This document shows, one piece after another, positions 17,788-27,119 of a DNA stretch of 64,000 nucleotides. Position 1 is the first letter of the stretch. Each line of letters starts with the position of its first letter. The DNA comes from an uncultured Chloroflexia bacterium (GTDB lineage: Bacteria; Chloroflexota; Limnocylindria; Limnocylindrales; CSP1-4). The position numbers were made by a program, and so were the translations under genes. The DNA lies in contig CAVTMH010000001.1 in assembly GCA_963735785.1 (NCBI GenBank), positions 161,444 through 225,443 on the forward strand, given 5' to 3'. The notes below the pieces were generated by a model, which saw only the letters and a program-made list of their open reading frames with translations, ran no database searches and was not told where the DNA came from.

Positions 17788-19025
17788 GGCGCCGGGCTGC
17801 CCGAGGCGGGACTGGTCGCGCTCGGCGCGATGCTCGGCGTGACCGTCGGGACCGGCGTGGGAGGCAGGAGCTCCGCCGGGATGAACCAGTCCGGTCGAGA
17901 GGCCGCATCGAGCCCCGAGACCTCGGTCAGGTCGACCGTCTCCCCCGGCATCCACGCGGGGGCGGCACCCTCGAGGCGGACAAGCCGGAGGTCGACCGTC
18001 TGCCCCACGATGTGCAGGAACGCGATGCCATCGCCGGTCGGCGACCAGGCCGGCGCGAACGAGGCGCCGTCGTCGGTCACGCGCAACAGCTCCGACCCGC
18101 TCCGCGGGTCCAGGATCACGACATCCGTCCCGAGCGAGGTCGTGCGGGTGGCGGCCACGAAGCGCCCGTCGCGGGAGTAGGCCGGCTGCATGTAGCCCGG
18201 CGCGGAGAACGCCCGCGCGGTCCCTTCGCGCACGTCGTAGCGCATGATGACCGGCGCCCCACGCGCCCCGTCCCGGCCGTTCTGCGTGTACAGCAGGACG
18301 CGCCCGTCCGGCCGCCATTCGGGATCCTGGTGTCCGAGCACGCCGTTCTCGCGCACGTCGGCGCGGCGCAGCTTCTTCGTCTCGACGTCGAAGAACTTCA
18401 GGACGACGTTCGTGTCGCCGGGATTCGGCGCGTCGGTGACGAGGGCGATCGTCCCACCGTCCGGCGACAGGACCGGCTGGCGCATGTGGGCCGACCACTC
18501 CAGGCGCCCGTCCTTCACACGGCCGGTCGCCAGACGCTCCGGCTCGCCGCTCCCGTCGGCGCGAACCCGCATGAGGTCGGGGACGACGATGTCGTAGAAG
18601 CGACCACGGCCATTGAGCGGCCAGTACCCGACCATTCCCTTCGAGCGGATGAAGACGATCCACTCGCCGTCGGCGGACCACGACGGCATCGAGTCCCCGC
18701 CGTTGTCCGTGACCTGCTTGACTGCCTCATCGGTCTGCACCCAGACGTTCCCGCCCTTCGCGTACACGATCGAGCCCCCGAAGGTCGCTTCCTCGGGAAC
18801 CACGACGACATTGGAAGGGGCCGCGGTCCGCGCGGGTCCACCCACGTTGCCATCGCCGCTCGAGCCGATCCCGAACGGGACGTCGCCGTTGAGCAGGTTG
18901 AATGTAACGACCCCGACCAGCAGCAACCCGATCACGGAGAGGATCGGGGCGAGGATGGTCCCGATCGGTCCGACCCCGTACGGGTCACCGGTCCGCGGCG
19001 GCCGGGACCGGGCCGCCCGCGTCAC
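17784..19025 (-). CDS. membrane-anchored TolB-like beta-propeller (PD40 repeat) protein
   Basis: 413 aa with an N-terminal TM helix and repeated SWSADG / LSPDGG / EWRPDG / YSRDGR / AWSPTGDG blades. It has a Pro/Thr/Ser-rich C-terminal tail. Confidence 0.75.
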   Translation of the reverse strand: MTRAARSRPPRTGDPYGVGPIGTILAPILSVIGLLLVGVVTFNLLNGDVPFGIGSSGDGNVGGPARTAAPSNVVVVPEEATFGGSIVYAKGGNVWVQTDEAVKQVTDNGGDSMPSWSADGEWIVFIRSKGMVGYWPLNGRGRFYDIVVPDLMRVRADGSGEPERLATGRVKDGRLEWSAHMRQPVLSPDGGTIALVTDAPNPGDTNVVLKFFDVETKKLRRADVRENGVLGHQDPEWRPDGRVLLYTQNGRDGARGAPVIMRYDVREGTARAFSAPGYMQPAYSRDGRFVAATRTTSLGTDVVILDPRSGSELLRVTDDGASFAPAWSPTGDGIAFLHIVGQTVDLRLVRLEGAAPAWMPGETVDLTEVSGLDAASRPDWFIPAELLPPTPVPTVTPSIAPSATSPASGSPAP

Positions 19026-20812
19026 GAGGCCGCGCCCACGAGCCCGGATCGTGCCACGCCGGACAGCACGACCGCCGCCTCGGGGTGGGCGCCGCTCGGC
19101 GCCGCGTCACGGATCTCGAGCTGGAGCGACTCGAATCCGCCGAACGTGCGGCTCGCGAGCCGCGCGACGACATCGATGATGTCGCCCTCGTGCACGAGCG
19201 CGGCGATGTCGACACGGCCGAAGGCGATCCCATCGAGGACGTCGCGATCGCGCCGCAAGGTCATCGACGTGTGATCCGTCCCCGCCTGGCGCACGCGGAG
19301 CACGGTCAGGCCGAGGACCGCGACCAGTGGCTGCGGGTTGCCGGGCCCATACGGCGCGAGGGCCGCAAGCTCGCGGTACAGGGCGTAGTCCACGCCCAGC
19401 GCCGGCAGCGCCAGATCGATCGCCAACACGGCCCGCGGATCCCGGGGCACGCTTCCCGCCGCGACGGCCTCGAAGCGTTCGACGAAAGCCTCCCAGCGCT
19501 CGGTCGGCAGCTCGAACCCGGCGGCACCGGCATGGCCGCCGTAGCGGGTGAACAGGTCGGCGCACGATTCCAGGGCCGCTCCGAGATCAACGCTGCCGTC
19601 GCTTCGACACGAAGCACGGATGGTGTCCCCGAGGTCCGCGCCGACGATGGCCGGCCTCGAGCCGTCCTCGGCGAGGCGAGCCGCGATCAGCCCGACGATG
19701 CCGACCGGCCAGGGCCCACGCACGATCACGGCGAGACGATCCGGATCGCCTGCCACGACCGCACGCGCCTCCGCCACGGCCGTCGTCATCAGGTCACGTC
19801 GGGTCCGGTTGGCTACCTCGAGAGCATCGGCGTGCGCCGCCGCGTCGGCCGGGTCGGCGGCAAGCAGCAGGCGGGCTGCCTCGAGCGCTTCCCCGACCCG
19901 CCCAGCCGCGTTCAGGCGCGGTGCGAGCGCGAACGCGATCGTGTCGAGGTCCATGTCCGCCGGCGCGATACGGGCACGTTCCAGCAGGGCCGCGATGCCC
20001 GGCCGCGGTGCCCGGCGCATCCGTTCCAGTCCCAGCCGGGCGATCGCCCGGTTCTCTCCGACGATGGGCGCCACGTCGGCGACCGTCCCGATCGTGGCAA
20101 GGTCCGCGAGCTCGAGGGCGGCCGCGGGACCGCCGGGCTCATCGGCCAGGACCAGCTGGGCCACCTTGAACGCGACGCCGCTGCCGGCCAGGCGTCGGTC
20201 CGGATACTGCGAGTCCGCGCGGTGCGGGTTGACGACGGCGACCGCCGGCGGCAGCTCCGGCGGCAGCCGGTGATGGTCCGTCACGATGACATCCACGCCG
20301 CGCTCGGCTGCGACGGCGACCTCGGACCCGGAACTGGACCCGGTGTCGACCGTGACGATGAGGGTGACCCCGTTCCGCTTCGCTTCGTCGACGGCCGTCA
20401 ACGACAGGCCGTGACCCTCCTCCAGCCGGCTCGGGACGTACGGGTCCACGGTGAGGCCGTAGCGGCGCAGCGCCAGCACGAGGATGGCGAGCCCGTCCAG
20501 TCCGTCAGCGTCGAAGTCGCCGAAGACCATGACCCGTTCGGATCGCGCCCGCGCGAGGGCGATGCGCTCCAGCAGCCGATCGGCGTCCGGGAGGAGGCGC
20601 GGGTCGTGCAGGCCATCCAGGGGATCGGCGAACCAGGCATCCAGGCCTGCCACGTCACTGACCCCGCGCCGTGCGAGCAGCGCGGTCATCCGGTCGCCGA
20701 TGCCGCGCCCGAGTGCCGCATCGGCGAGGTCCTGGGCGATGAGATGGGTCTCGGGGAAGCTCCAGCGGAAGCGCGGTTCCAGCACGGCCTCAGGATGCCA
20801 CGCGGCGCACAC
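19022..20812 (-). CDS. recJ: single-stranded-DNA-specific exonuclease RecJ
   Basis: 596 aa with DHH-family motifs VFGDFDADGLDG, VTVDTGS and VIVTDHH, plus a DHHA1 region (GGHAGAAG). Confidence 0.9.
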   Translation of the reverse strand: MCAAWHPEAVLEPRFRWSFPETHLIAQDLADAALGRGIGDRMTALLARRGVSDVAGLDAWFADPLDGLHDPRLLPDADRLLERIALARARSERVMVFGDFDADGLDGLAILVLALRRYGLTVDPYVPSRLEEGHGLSLTAVDEAKRNGVTLIVTVDTGSSSGSEVAVAAERGVDVIVTDHHRLPPELPPAVAVVNPHRADSQYPDRRLAGSGVAFKVAQLVLADEPGGPAAALELADLATIGTVADVAPIVGENRAIARLGLERMRRAPRPGIAALLERARIAPADMDLDTIAFALAPRLNAAGRVGEALEAARLLLAADPADAAAHADALEVANRTRRDLMTTAVAEARAVVAGDPDRLAVIVRGPWPVGIVGLIAARLAEDGSRPAIVGADLGDTIRASCRSDGSVDLGAALESCADLFTRYGGHAGAAGFELPTERWEAFVERFEAVAAGSVPRDPRAVLAIDLALPALGVDYALYRELAALAPYGPGNPQPLVAVLGLTVLRVRQAGTDHTSMTLRRDRDVLDGIAFGRVDIAALVHEGDIIDVVARLASRTFGGFESLQLEIRDAAPSGAHPEAAVVLSGVARSGLVGAAS

Positions 20813-20851
20813 CTGCGCCTCTACCGGCCATCCGGCGACGCGGATCGGCGG

Positions 20852-22081
20852 TCAGGGCGAGGCGCGACGGGGCCGCGGCGCCCGCACCGTGGCGACGCGG
20901 CCGTGTCGGCGGTCCTCCCACGCCTGCCAATCGACGAGCAACGGGCTGGCCACGAAGATCGACGAGTAGGTGCCGATCATGATGCCGATGAGCAGGGCGA
21001 GGACGAAGTCGCTGATGGCCGATCCGCCGAACAGGAACAGCGCCAGCAACGTGATGAGCACGGTCAGGCTCGTGGTGATGGACCGCCCGAAGGTCTGCAG
21101 GATCGAGTGGTTGACGATCTCGTCGAACGGCTCGCCGATGTGGCGCGCCTTGTTCTCGCGGATGCGGTCGAAGACGACGATCGTGTCGTGCACGGAGAAC
21201 CCGATGACGGTCAGCATCGCCGTCACGAACAGGGCGTCGATCTCGACATGGAAGAACGTGCCGAGGATGGCGAATGCGCCGACCACCACGACGACGTCGT
21301 GCGCAAGCGAGACGAGCGCGGTGACACCGAACTTCACGTCGCGGAAGCGGTAGGTGATCCAGGCGACGATGGCGAGGGAGCCGACGACGATCAGGATGAG
21401 GGCCTGGCGCAGCAGGTCGGAGCTGACGACCGCCCCGATCGTGGTCAGGCTGGCCTGCGACTCGATGTCACCCAGCCTGGCCTCGAGGGCCACGACCATC
21501 TCCCCGAGCTTTCCGTCGGTCGGCAACCTCGTGTTGCCCGCCGGGGCGGCGGATGGTGAGGCCGAGGGAGCGGGCGACGCACCCGGCGAGGCGGAGACCG
21601 CCGGCGATGCAGAAGCTGCCGGCGAAGCAGATGCGGACGCGGCCGGCGAAGCGGCGGCAGATGCGGCCGGTGACGCGGAGGCCCCAGCTGATGGGGCCGG
21701 TGACGCCGACGCCGCCGCCGAACCGGACGCACCGGGCGAGGCTGACCCGCTGGCGCCTGGAGAGCCCGACGGCTCGACCGTCGGGCTCGGCGCGGACTGG
21801 AGGCCGATCGGTTCGGTCTTGATCTCGATATAGCCGGAGCCGGTCCGGATCGCCACCGCATCGAGGTCGTTCTCGGCGAATATCTCCTCGACCTGCGCGG
21901 GCGTCACCGCGGGATCTGCGAACTTGATCTCCCAGCGCGTGCCGCCGGTGAAGTCGATCGTCAACTGCAGCCCGGCGTCCGAGAACGGCGAGATGAGGAT
22001 GAAGATCAGTCCCGGGATGGTGAGGATGGCCGACAGGAGGTAGAACCAGCGGCGTTTGCCGATGACGTCAAACATCGGCAC
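20852..22081 (-). CDS. secF: protein translocase subunit SecF with a long Ala/Ser/Pro-rich insertion
   Basis: N-terminal FDVIGKRRWFYLLSAILTIPGL and a C-terminal six-TM SecF core. About 95 residues of ASP-rich low complexity lie in the first extracytoplasmic loop. It overlaps secD by 14 nt. Confidence 0.85.
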   Translation of the reverse strand: MPMFDVIGKRRWFYLLSAILTIPGLIFILISPFSDAGLQLTIDFTGGTRWEIKFADPAVTPAQVEEIFAENDLDAVAIRTGSGYIEIKTEPIGLQSAPSPTVEPSGSPGASGSASPGASGSAAASASPAPSAGASASPAASAAASPAASASASPAASASPAVSASPGASPAPSASPSAAPAGNTRLPTDGKLGEMVVALEARLGDIESQASLTTIGAVVSSDLLRQALILIVVGSLAIVAWITYRFRDVKFGVTALVSLAHDVVVVVGAFAILGTFFHVEIDALFVTAMLTVIGFSVHDTIVVFDRIRENKARHIGEPFDEIVNHSILQTFGRSITTSLTVLITLLALFLFGGSAISDFVLALLIGIMIGTYSSIFVASPLLVDWQAWEDRRHGRVATVRAPRPRRASP

Positions 22082-23456
22082 GAACTGGACGGCGCGATGG
22101 GCGAGCGGAGGTGACGGCCACGAACTCGTCCGGGCGCAGGCCGAACAGCGACGCGCGGCGGGCCCAGTCCTGGCGGACGATGACGCGCATGATCGAACGG
22201 GTCACGACGATCGCGCTGAACATCGAGATGAGCACGCCGATGATCAGGACGAGCGCGAATCCGCGGATGACCGACGAGCCGAAGGCGTACAGGATCGTCG
22301 CCGTGATGAGGCTCGACACGTTCGAGTCCAGGATCGAGTTCCACGCCCGATTGAATCCCGCCTCGACCGCTGCGGGCAGCGACTTGCCGATGCGCAGCTC
22401 CTCCTTCATCCGCTCGAAGATCAGGATGTTGGCGTCGACCGCCATGCCCACAGAGAGCACGAAGCCTGCGATCCCCGCCAGCGTGAGCGTGACCGGCACG
22501 AGCCGAAAGATCGCGTACACGACCAGCGTGTAGTAGATGAGTGCGAACGCCGCCACGAGGCCGGGCAGCCGGTAGTAGACGAGCATGAAGATGATGACCA
22601 TCGTGATTCCGAGGAATCCAGCGAGCAGGCTCTGATTGAGGAACTGCTCGCCGAGGCTGGCCGAGATCTCCTCGCTCGAGAGCTCCTGGACCGGGAACGG
22701 GAGCGAGCCGAACTTCAGGACCGTGACGAGCTCGTTGGCCTCGTTCGCCGGGAAGCCGCCGATGCCGCCGCCGGTGATCTGGCCCTGCCCGTTGGGGATG
22801 GGTCCCTCGATCCTGGGGGCGGAGATGACCGACTCGTCCAGCGTGATCGCGAAGATCTCCCCGACGTGCTCAGTGGTGTACTTGGCGAACAGCTGGCCAC
22901 CCGATTCCGGGCCGTCAGTCTTCAGGACGAAGTTCACCGCCAGGCCACCCTGTTGATCCTGGCCGATGGATGCGGACTGGATCTGGTCGCCGCTGAACAG
23001 GGGCGGGTACTCGTCCCGCGGGAGGGCCTGGCCGGCCGTTGCCGTCGCCGACCCGAGCGGAACGAAATCGAGTTGGCCGGTCTGCCCGACCAGTCGACGG
23101 ACCGAATCGACGTCCGAGACGCCCGGCAGCTCGATGACCACCCGGTCCGAGCCCTGGACGACCACGACCGGCTCGGACACACCGGTCGTGTTCACACGCC
23201 GCTCGATGATGTCCTTGATGACACCCATCCCCTCGGACGTGGGGCTGACGCCGTCCTTGGGGAGGGCCTGGTACTCGACCCGCAGGCCGCCCTCCAGATC
23301 GAGACCGAGCTTCGTCTCGACGAGGCGCCACTGGCCGCCCGTGGCGGACGCATCGGGCAGGCGGAGGTTCGGGAAGAAGTCGATCAGCAGGGCGAGCACG
23401 CCGATGACGAGGATGATGATGGGGCCGGCTCTTCGCATACCGGCGGGATGGTACAC
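22068..23456 (-). CDS. secD: protein translocase subunit SecD
   Basis: 462 aa. LGLDLEGG...V.LPG..D P1 head motifs and the C-terminal RND-like TM bundle (AIVLSVGMAVDANILIFER). Confidence 0.9.
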   Translation of the reverse strand: MYHPAGMRRAGPIIILVIGVLALLIDFFPNLRLPDASATGGQWRLVETKLGLDLEGGLRVEYQALPKDGVSPTSEGMGVIKDIIERRVNTTGVSEPVVVVQGSDRVVIELPGVSDVDSVRRLVGQTGQLDFVPLGSATATAGQALPRDEYPPLFSGDQIQSASIGQDQQGGLAVNFVLKTDGPESGGQLFAKYTTEHVGEIFAITLDESVISAPRIEGPIPNGQGQITGGGIGGFPANEANELVTVLKFGSLPFPVQELSSEEISASLGEQFLNQSLLAGFLGITMVIIFMLVYYRLPGLVAAFALIYYTLVVYAIFRLVPVTLTLAGIAGFVLSVGMAVDANILIFERMKEELRIGKSLPAAVEAGFNRAWNSILDSNVSSLITATILYAFGSSVIRGFALVLIIGVLISMFSAIVVTRSIMRVIVRQDWARRASLFGLRPDEFVAVTSARPSRRPVRADV

Positions 23457-23486
23457 GGAACGTCCCGGGGCCGCCGCCGCCCCCGG

Positions 23487-25337
23487 TCAGGCCTCGAGGG
23501 TCGTCTTGATCCGTTCGGCGAGTGCCCGGCTGATGCCCGGGACCGCGGCGATCTGCTCGACGGGCGCCTCGCGCACCCGCTTGATGGACCCGAACACCTT
23601 CAGCAGCTCGCGCTTGCGCTTGGGGCCCACGCCGGGCAGGTCGTCGAACGCGGAGCGCACCGTGCGCCGGTCGCGCAGCGTGCGGTGGTAGGTGATGGCG
23701 AACCGATGCGCCTCGTCGCGGAGCCGCTGGACGAGGTACAGCGCCGATGACGTGGCGGGGAGCACGATCGGATCCGGGCGATCCGGGAGGAACAGCTCCT
23801 CGCGCTCCTTGGCCAGGCCGGCCAGCGGCAGGTCGTGGAGCCCGAGCTCGTCGAGCACCGCCTTCGCGGCGCTCACTTGGCCCTTGCCGCCGTCGACGAT
23901 CACGAGGTCGGGCATGGCCCAGCGGCGTTGCTCCTCGCTTCCCTCGTCGCCGGATCTCGTCACCCGGAACCGCCGTCGGAGCACCTCCTGGTGGCTGGCG
24001 AAGTCGTTGGGCCCCTGGACGGTCTTGATCCGGAAGCGTCGGTATTCGCCGCTGCGTGGCTTGCCATCCTCGAACACGACCATGCTGCCGACCGATGCGC
24101 TCCCCTGGAAGTTCGAGATGTCATAGCACTCGATGCGCAGCGGCGGACCGGGCAGTCCGAGCGCTTCGGCGAGCCCCTCCAGGGCGGCCAGCGTCTTGCC
24201 CTGGTCGGCCAGCCAGCGGGCGTGCTCGCGGGCGAGCGTATCGGACGCGTTGCGGGTCGCCAGCTCCATGAGCGAGCGCTTCTCGCCCCGCCGCGGGACG
24301 CGGACATGGACCGGACCCCGGCGGCGCTCCGTCAGGAACGTCTCGATGGCGGACCCCTCGCCGAGGGGGCACGGCACGTAGACCTCGCGCGGGATGGAGG
24401 TCGCGCGGGCGTAGTACTGCTCGAGGAAGCTGGCGAGGACCTCGTCGTCCGACGCTTCGCGGACCGCGTCGAGGAGGTAGACGTCGCGACCGATCATCTT
24501 CCCGTCGCGGATGATGAACAGCGTCATCGCCGCCTGGTTGTCCTGGCGCGCCATCCCGACCATGTCGAGCTCGGTACGCGCGAAGGCGGCCATCTTCTGG
24601 CTCTCCATCGTCCGCTCGATGGCACGGATCTTGTCGCGGTGCTGCGCCGCCCGCTCGTAGTCCTGCGTCTGGGACGCCGCGGACATCTCCTGCTGGAGAG
24701 CACGGACGAGCGTCTCCTGGCGGCCCTCGAGGAACAACTCGACCTGCTCGATGTCGGCGCGATACTCGTCCTTCGAGATCGCCTCGATGCACGGGCCCTG
24801 GCAGCGCTTGATGTGGTAGAGCAGGCACGGCCGCTGGAGCGCTCGCTCGCCGTCCTTGATCTCGATCGTGCAGGTCCGGAACGGGAACAGCCTGCGAACC
24901 AGGTTCATCGACTCGTCGACGCTCGTCGCCGACGCGTACGGCCCGAAGTAGCGGCTGCCGTCGTTCACGAGCTTGCGGGTCCGCTCCACACGCGGGAAGT
25001 CGTCCCCGAGCGTGATCTTGATGTACGGGTAGCTCTTGTCGTCTTTGAGCCGGACGTTGAAGCGCGGCTTGAACCGCTTGATGAGGTTGGCTTCGAGCAG
25101 CAGCGCCTCGGACACGCTGTCGGTCTCGGTCACCTCGACGTCGGCGACGCGGTCGATGACGCTGCGGATCCGGTGGACCTCGCCGGCGGGTGCCTGTTTT
25201 TGCCAGTAGCTCCGAACGCGGTTGCGCAGGCTCTGGGCCTTGCCGACGTACAGGACGACGCCCCGGGTGTCCCGCATCAGGTACACGCCGGGGCGGTCCG
25301 GGAGTCGCTTGAGCGTCGCTTCGAGTTCGGGGGTCAC
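23487..25337 (-). CDS. uvrC: excinuclease ABC subunit C
   Basis: 616 aa with an N-terminal GIY-YIG domain (GVYLMRD..G.VLYVGKAQSLRNRVRSY), a UVR domain and a C-terminal (HhH)2 (LDDLPGVGPKRKRELLKVFGS). Confidence 0.95.
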   Translation of the reverse strand: MTPELEATLKRLPDRPGVYLMRDTRGVVLYVGKAQSLRNRVRSYWQKQAPAGEVHRIRSVIDRVADVEVTETDSVSEALLLEANLIKRFKPRFNVRLKDDKSYPYIKITLGDDFPRVERTRKLVNDGSRYFGPYASATSVDESMNLVRRLFPFRTCTIEIKDGERALQRPCLLYHIKRCQGPCIEAISKDEYRADIEQVELFLEGRQETLVRALQQEMSAASQTQDYERAAQHRDKIRAIERTMESQKMAAFARTELDMVGMARQDNQAAMTLFIIRDGKMIGRDVYLLDAVREASDDEVLASFLEQYYARATSIPREVYVPCPLGEGSAIETFLTERRRGPVHVRVPRRGEKRSLMELATRNASDTLAREHARWLADQGKTLAALEGLAEALGLPGPPLRIECYDISNFQGSASVGSMVVFEDGKPRSGEYRRFRIKTVQGPNDFASHQEVLRRRFRVTRSGDEGSEEQRRWAMPDLVIVDGGKGQVSAAKAVLDELGLHDLPLAGLAKEREELFLPDRPDPIVLPATSSALYLVQRLRDEAHRFAITYHRTLRDRRTVRSAFDDLPGVGPKRKRELLKVFGSIKRVREAPVEQIAAVPGISRALAERIKTTLEA

Positions 25338-25373
25338 GCCCCCGATGCTAGGACATGTCGGGGCGAGGCACGG

Positions 25374-26900
25374 CTACTTCTTCCCGGTGGCCTTGGCTGG
25401 CTTCGTCGGGGCGGGCTTAACGTCCTTGGCCACGGGCTTGGCCTTGGCCGGCTTCGAGGCGACCGGCTTCAGGGGCTTGGCCGCTGGCGTGGTCTTGGCC
25501 ACCGGCGTCGGCGTGCTGACCGCGGTGGGCCCCGCCTTGCTGGCCTTGACCGGCTCGGCGCCGCGGAGCTGGAGCTCGAACGACCCTGCGTCGAGCCCAT
25601 CGATCCTCGCCGTGACCGTGTGGCAGGCGCCGACGAGCGGCGCAGTGTCGAGGCCGACATTCCAGCGACCGCCGCCGAACGTCAGCGGCAGGGTCACCGC
25701 AGACCCGCCGTCGCACGGCGTCACGACGAGCACCGCGTTGCCGCTGTTCCGGACGACGCCATCGACCGAGAGGGTCACCTTGACCGGCACGTTCCGTCCG
25801 CGATTGGCCGAGAAGACGGTGCCCGAGCCGGCGACCGGCTCTCCCCACGTCGCACTTGCGGCGTGGGGTGCGACGTACTCGACCGTGACATCGAACGAGG
25901 CTTCCGCATCGTTGCCGCTCGCATCGGTGGCGGTGCAGGTCACGGTCGTCGTGCCCGGGTTCGCGTGAAAGCCGCTGGCCGGGAGGCAGCCGACGGTCGG
26001 GGCAGCGTCGACCGTGTCGGTCGCGCCCGGCGTCGGATAGGTGATGGTCGTGCCAGTCGGATCGCTTGTCGTCACGTGCCGATCGCCCGGAACGCCCGTG
26101 AGGGTCGGGTCGGTCGTGTCCAACACCGTGACGGCGAAGTTGCCGCTGGCGGGCAGGCCGCCGTGGTCGGTCACGCTGCACGTGACGGGCGTCACGCCGA
26201 CGCCCAGGACCGTGCCGGCCACAGGGCTACAGGCGGCGGTCGGGTCCGGATCGTCCTCGAGATCGGTGGCGCCCAGCCCGGACCAGTCCGCTGTCCAGCC
26301 CCCTGTGGTGTTCCCTTCGACCGTGCCGATCGTGGCGACCGTTGGCAGGATCAGCGATGGTGGCGTGTTGCCGACCACGTCGACGAGGATGTCGATGGCG
26401 GTCGCTTGCCGGAGGGCGTTGGCGTCGTCATTCCCGAATGGGCTGATCGACCGGTGATACATGAGGGAAAACCTGTGGCCGGTGCCGGGCGTCGTCGGCG
26501 CCGTGAAGGTCACCACGCTGGGGGTGCCGTCCCTGGATATCGGAGCGGGGACGGGACAGGGCGTCCCATCGGTCGGCCAGCCCACGGCCGGCGGAGCGAC
26601 TGTCGCATCGGTCACGGACAGGATCTTGCCGTCGAGCGGCTCGAGGGCGCTGTCGATGGACGCGGTGACGACCTGTCCTGGATCGACATGCGTGGACCCC
26701 GTGCAGGTCAGGACCAATCCGACGTCGACGGACACGAGCTCGCCGGGGGCGACGGGGCCGTCGAGCTCCGCGACGACCTCGATGGTCGCCGTGTCGGGGT
26801 CGCCGTCGGCACGAGCGGTGTCGGCGGCCGCCGTCCCGGCGAACGCGAACAGCGCGCCCAGGGACAACGCGATCGCGGGACGGAGCGGTCGGTGAAGCAT
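25374..26900 (-). CDS. secreted surface protein with two HYR-like Ig domains and a Lys/Pro/Ala-rich tail
   Basis: Signal peptide MLHRPLRPAIALSLGALFAFAGTAAA. Two C-x-P/A-x-G...VTC-x-x-TD-x-x-GN...F-x-VTV modules (CSPVAGTVL..VTCSVTDHGG..FAVTVLD and CLPASGFH..VTCTATDASGN..FDVTVE). The tail reads KPLKPVASKPAKAKPVAKDVKPAPTKPAKATGKK. Confidence 0.6.
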   Translation of the reverse strand: MLHRPLRPAIALSLGALFAFAGTAAADTARADGDPDTATIEVVAELDGPVAPGELVSVDVGLVLTCTGSTHVDPGQVVTASIDSALEPLDGKILSVTDATVAPPAVGWPTDGTPCPVPAPISRDGTPSVVTFTAPTTPGTGHRFSLMYHRSISPFGNDDANALRQATAIDILVDVVGNTPPSLILPTVATIGTVEGNTTGGWTADWSGLGATDLEDDPDPTAACSPVAGTVLGVGVTPVTCSVTDHGGLPASGNFAVTVLDTTDPTLTGVPGDRHVTTSDPTGTTITYPTPGATDTVDAAPTVGCLPASGFHANPGTTTVTCTATDASGNDAEASFDVTVEYVAPHAASATWGEPVAGSGTVFSANRGRNVPVKVTLSVDGVVRNSGNAVLVVTPCDGGSAVTLPLTFGGGRWNVGLDTAPLVGACHTVTARIDGLDAGSFELQLRGAEPVKASKAGPTAVSTPTPVAKTTPAAKPLKPVASKPAKAKPVAKDVKPAPTKPAKATGKK

Positions 26901-27051
26901 GACGGTTCTCCCGTAGCGCCCTGCCCGATCGACGCGCCGTCGGGCTGGGCGTGGGACGAATTGTCAGGCAGCCGCCCCAGGACCCCAATAGGCGGATAGG
27001 GCGGTTCGTTGCGTCGTCGCGCCCCCCATCAGTACTGTTCGGTGCGCGGAA

Positions 27052-27086
27052 TCACCGAACCCGGGCTGGGGGCCCGGGTTCGGTGA
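27052..27086 (-). terminator. strong GC hairpin downstream of the 5'-nucleotidase gene
   Basis: TCACCGAACCCGGG / CCCGGGTTCGGTGA forms a perfect 14-bp stem with a 7-nt loop, 34 nt after the stop at 27120. There is no clear U-tract. Confidence 0.45.
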
Positions 27087-27119
27087 CTTGGGGGTAGCGA
27101 GGCGGTGGGTCGCTCGACC

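Noticed and set aside
16873-18681. 602-aa minus-strand ORF suggesting a large fusion protein
   Set aside because: Only the last 304 codons (from GTG at 17787) match PyrF. The upstream part is Arg-rich and overlaps, out of frame, the well-supported TolB-like gene whose stop forms a GTGA overlap with the pyrF start.
21511-21796. Repetitive GC-rich DNA that looked at first like a tandem-repeat or CRISPR-like array
   Set aside because: The repeats are imperfect, without unique spacers, and lie in frame inside secF, encoding Ala/Ser/Pro low complexity. No CRISPR array or cas gene is present anywhere in the window.
23835-26999. 1054-aa plus-strand ORF
   Set aside because: It is antisense to uvrC and the HYR-domain gene, with the same Arg/Gly/Asp-rich shadow-ORF composition and no motifs.
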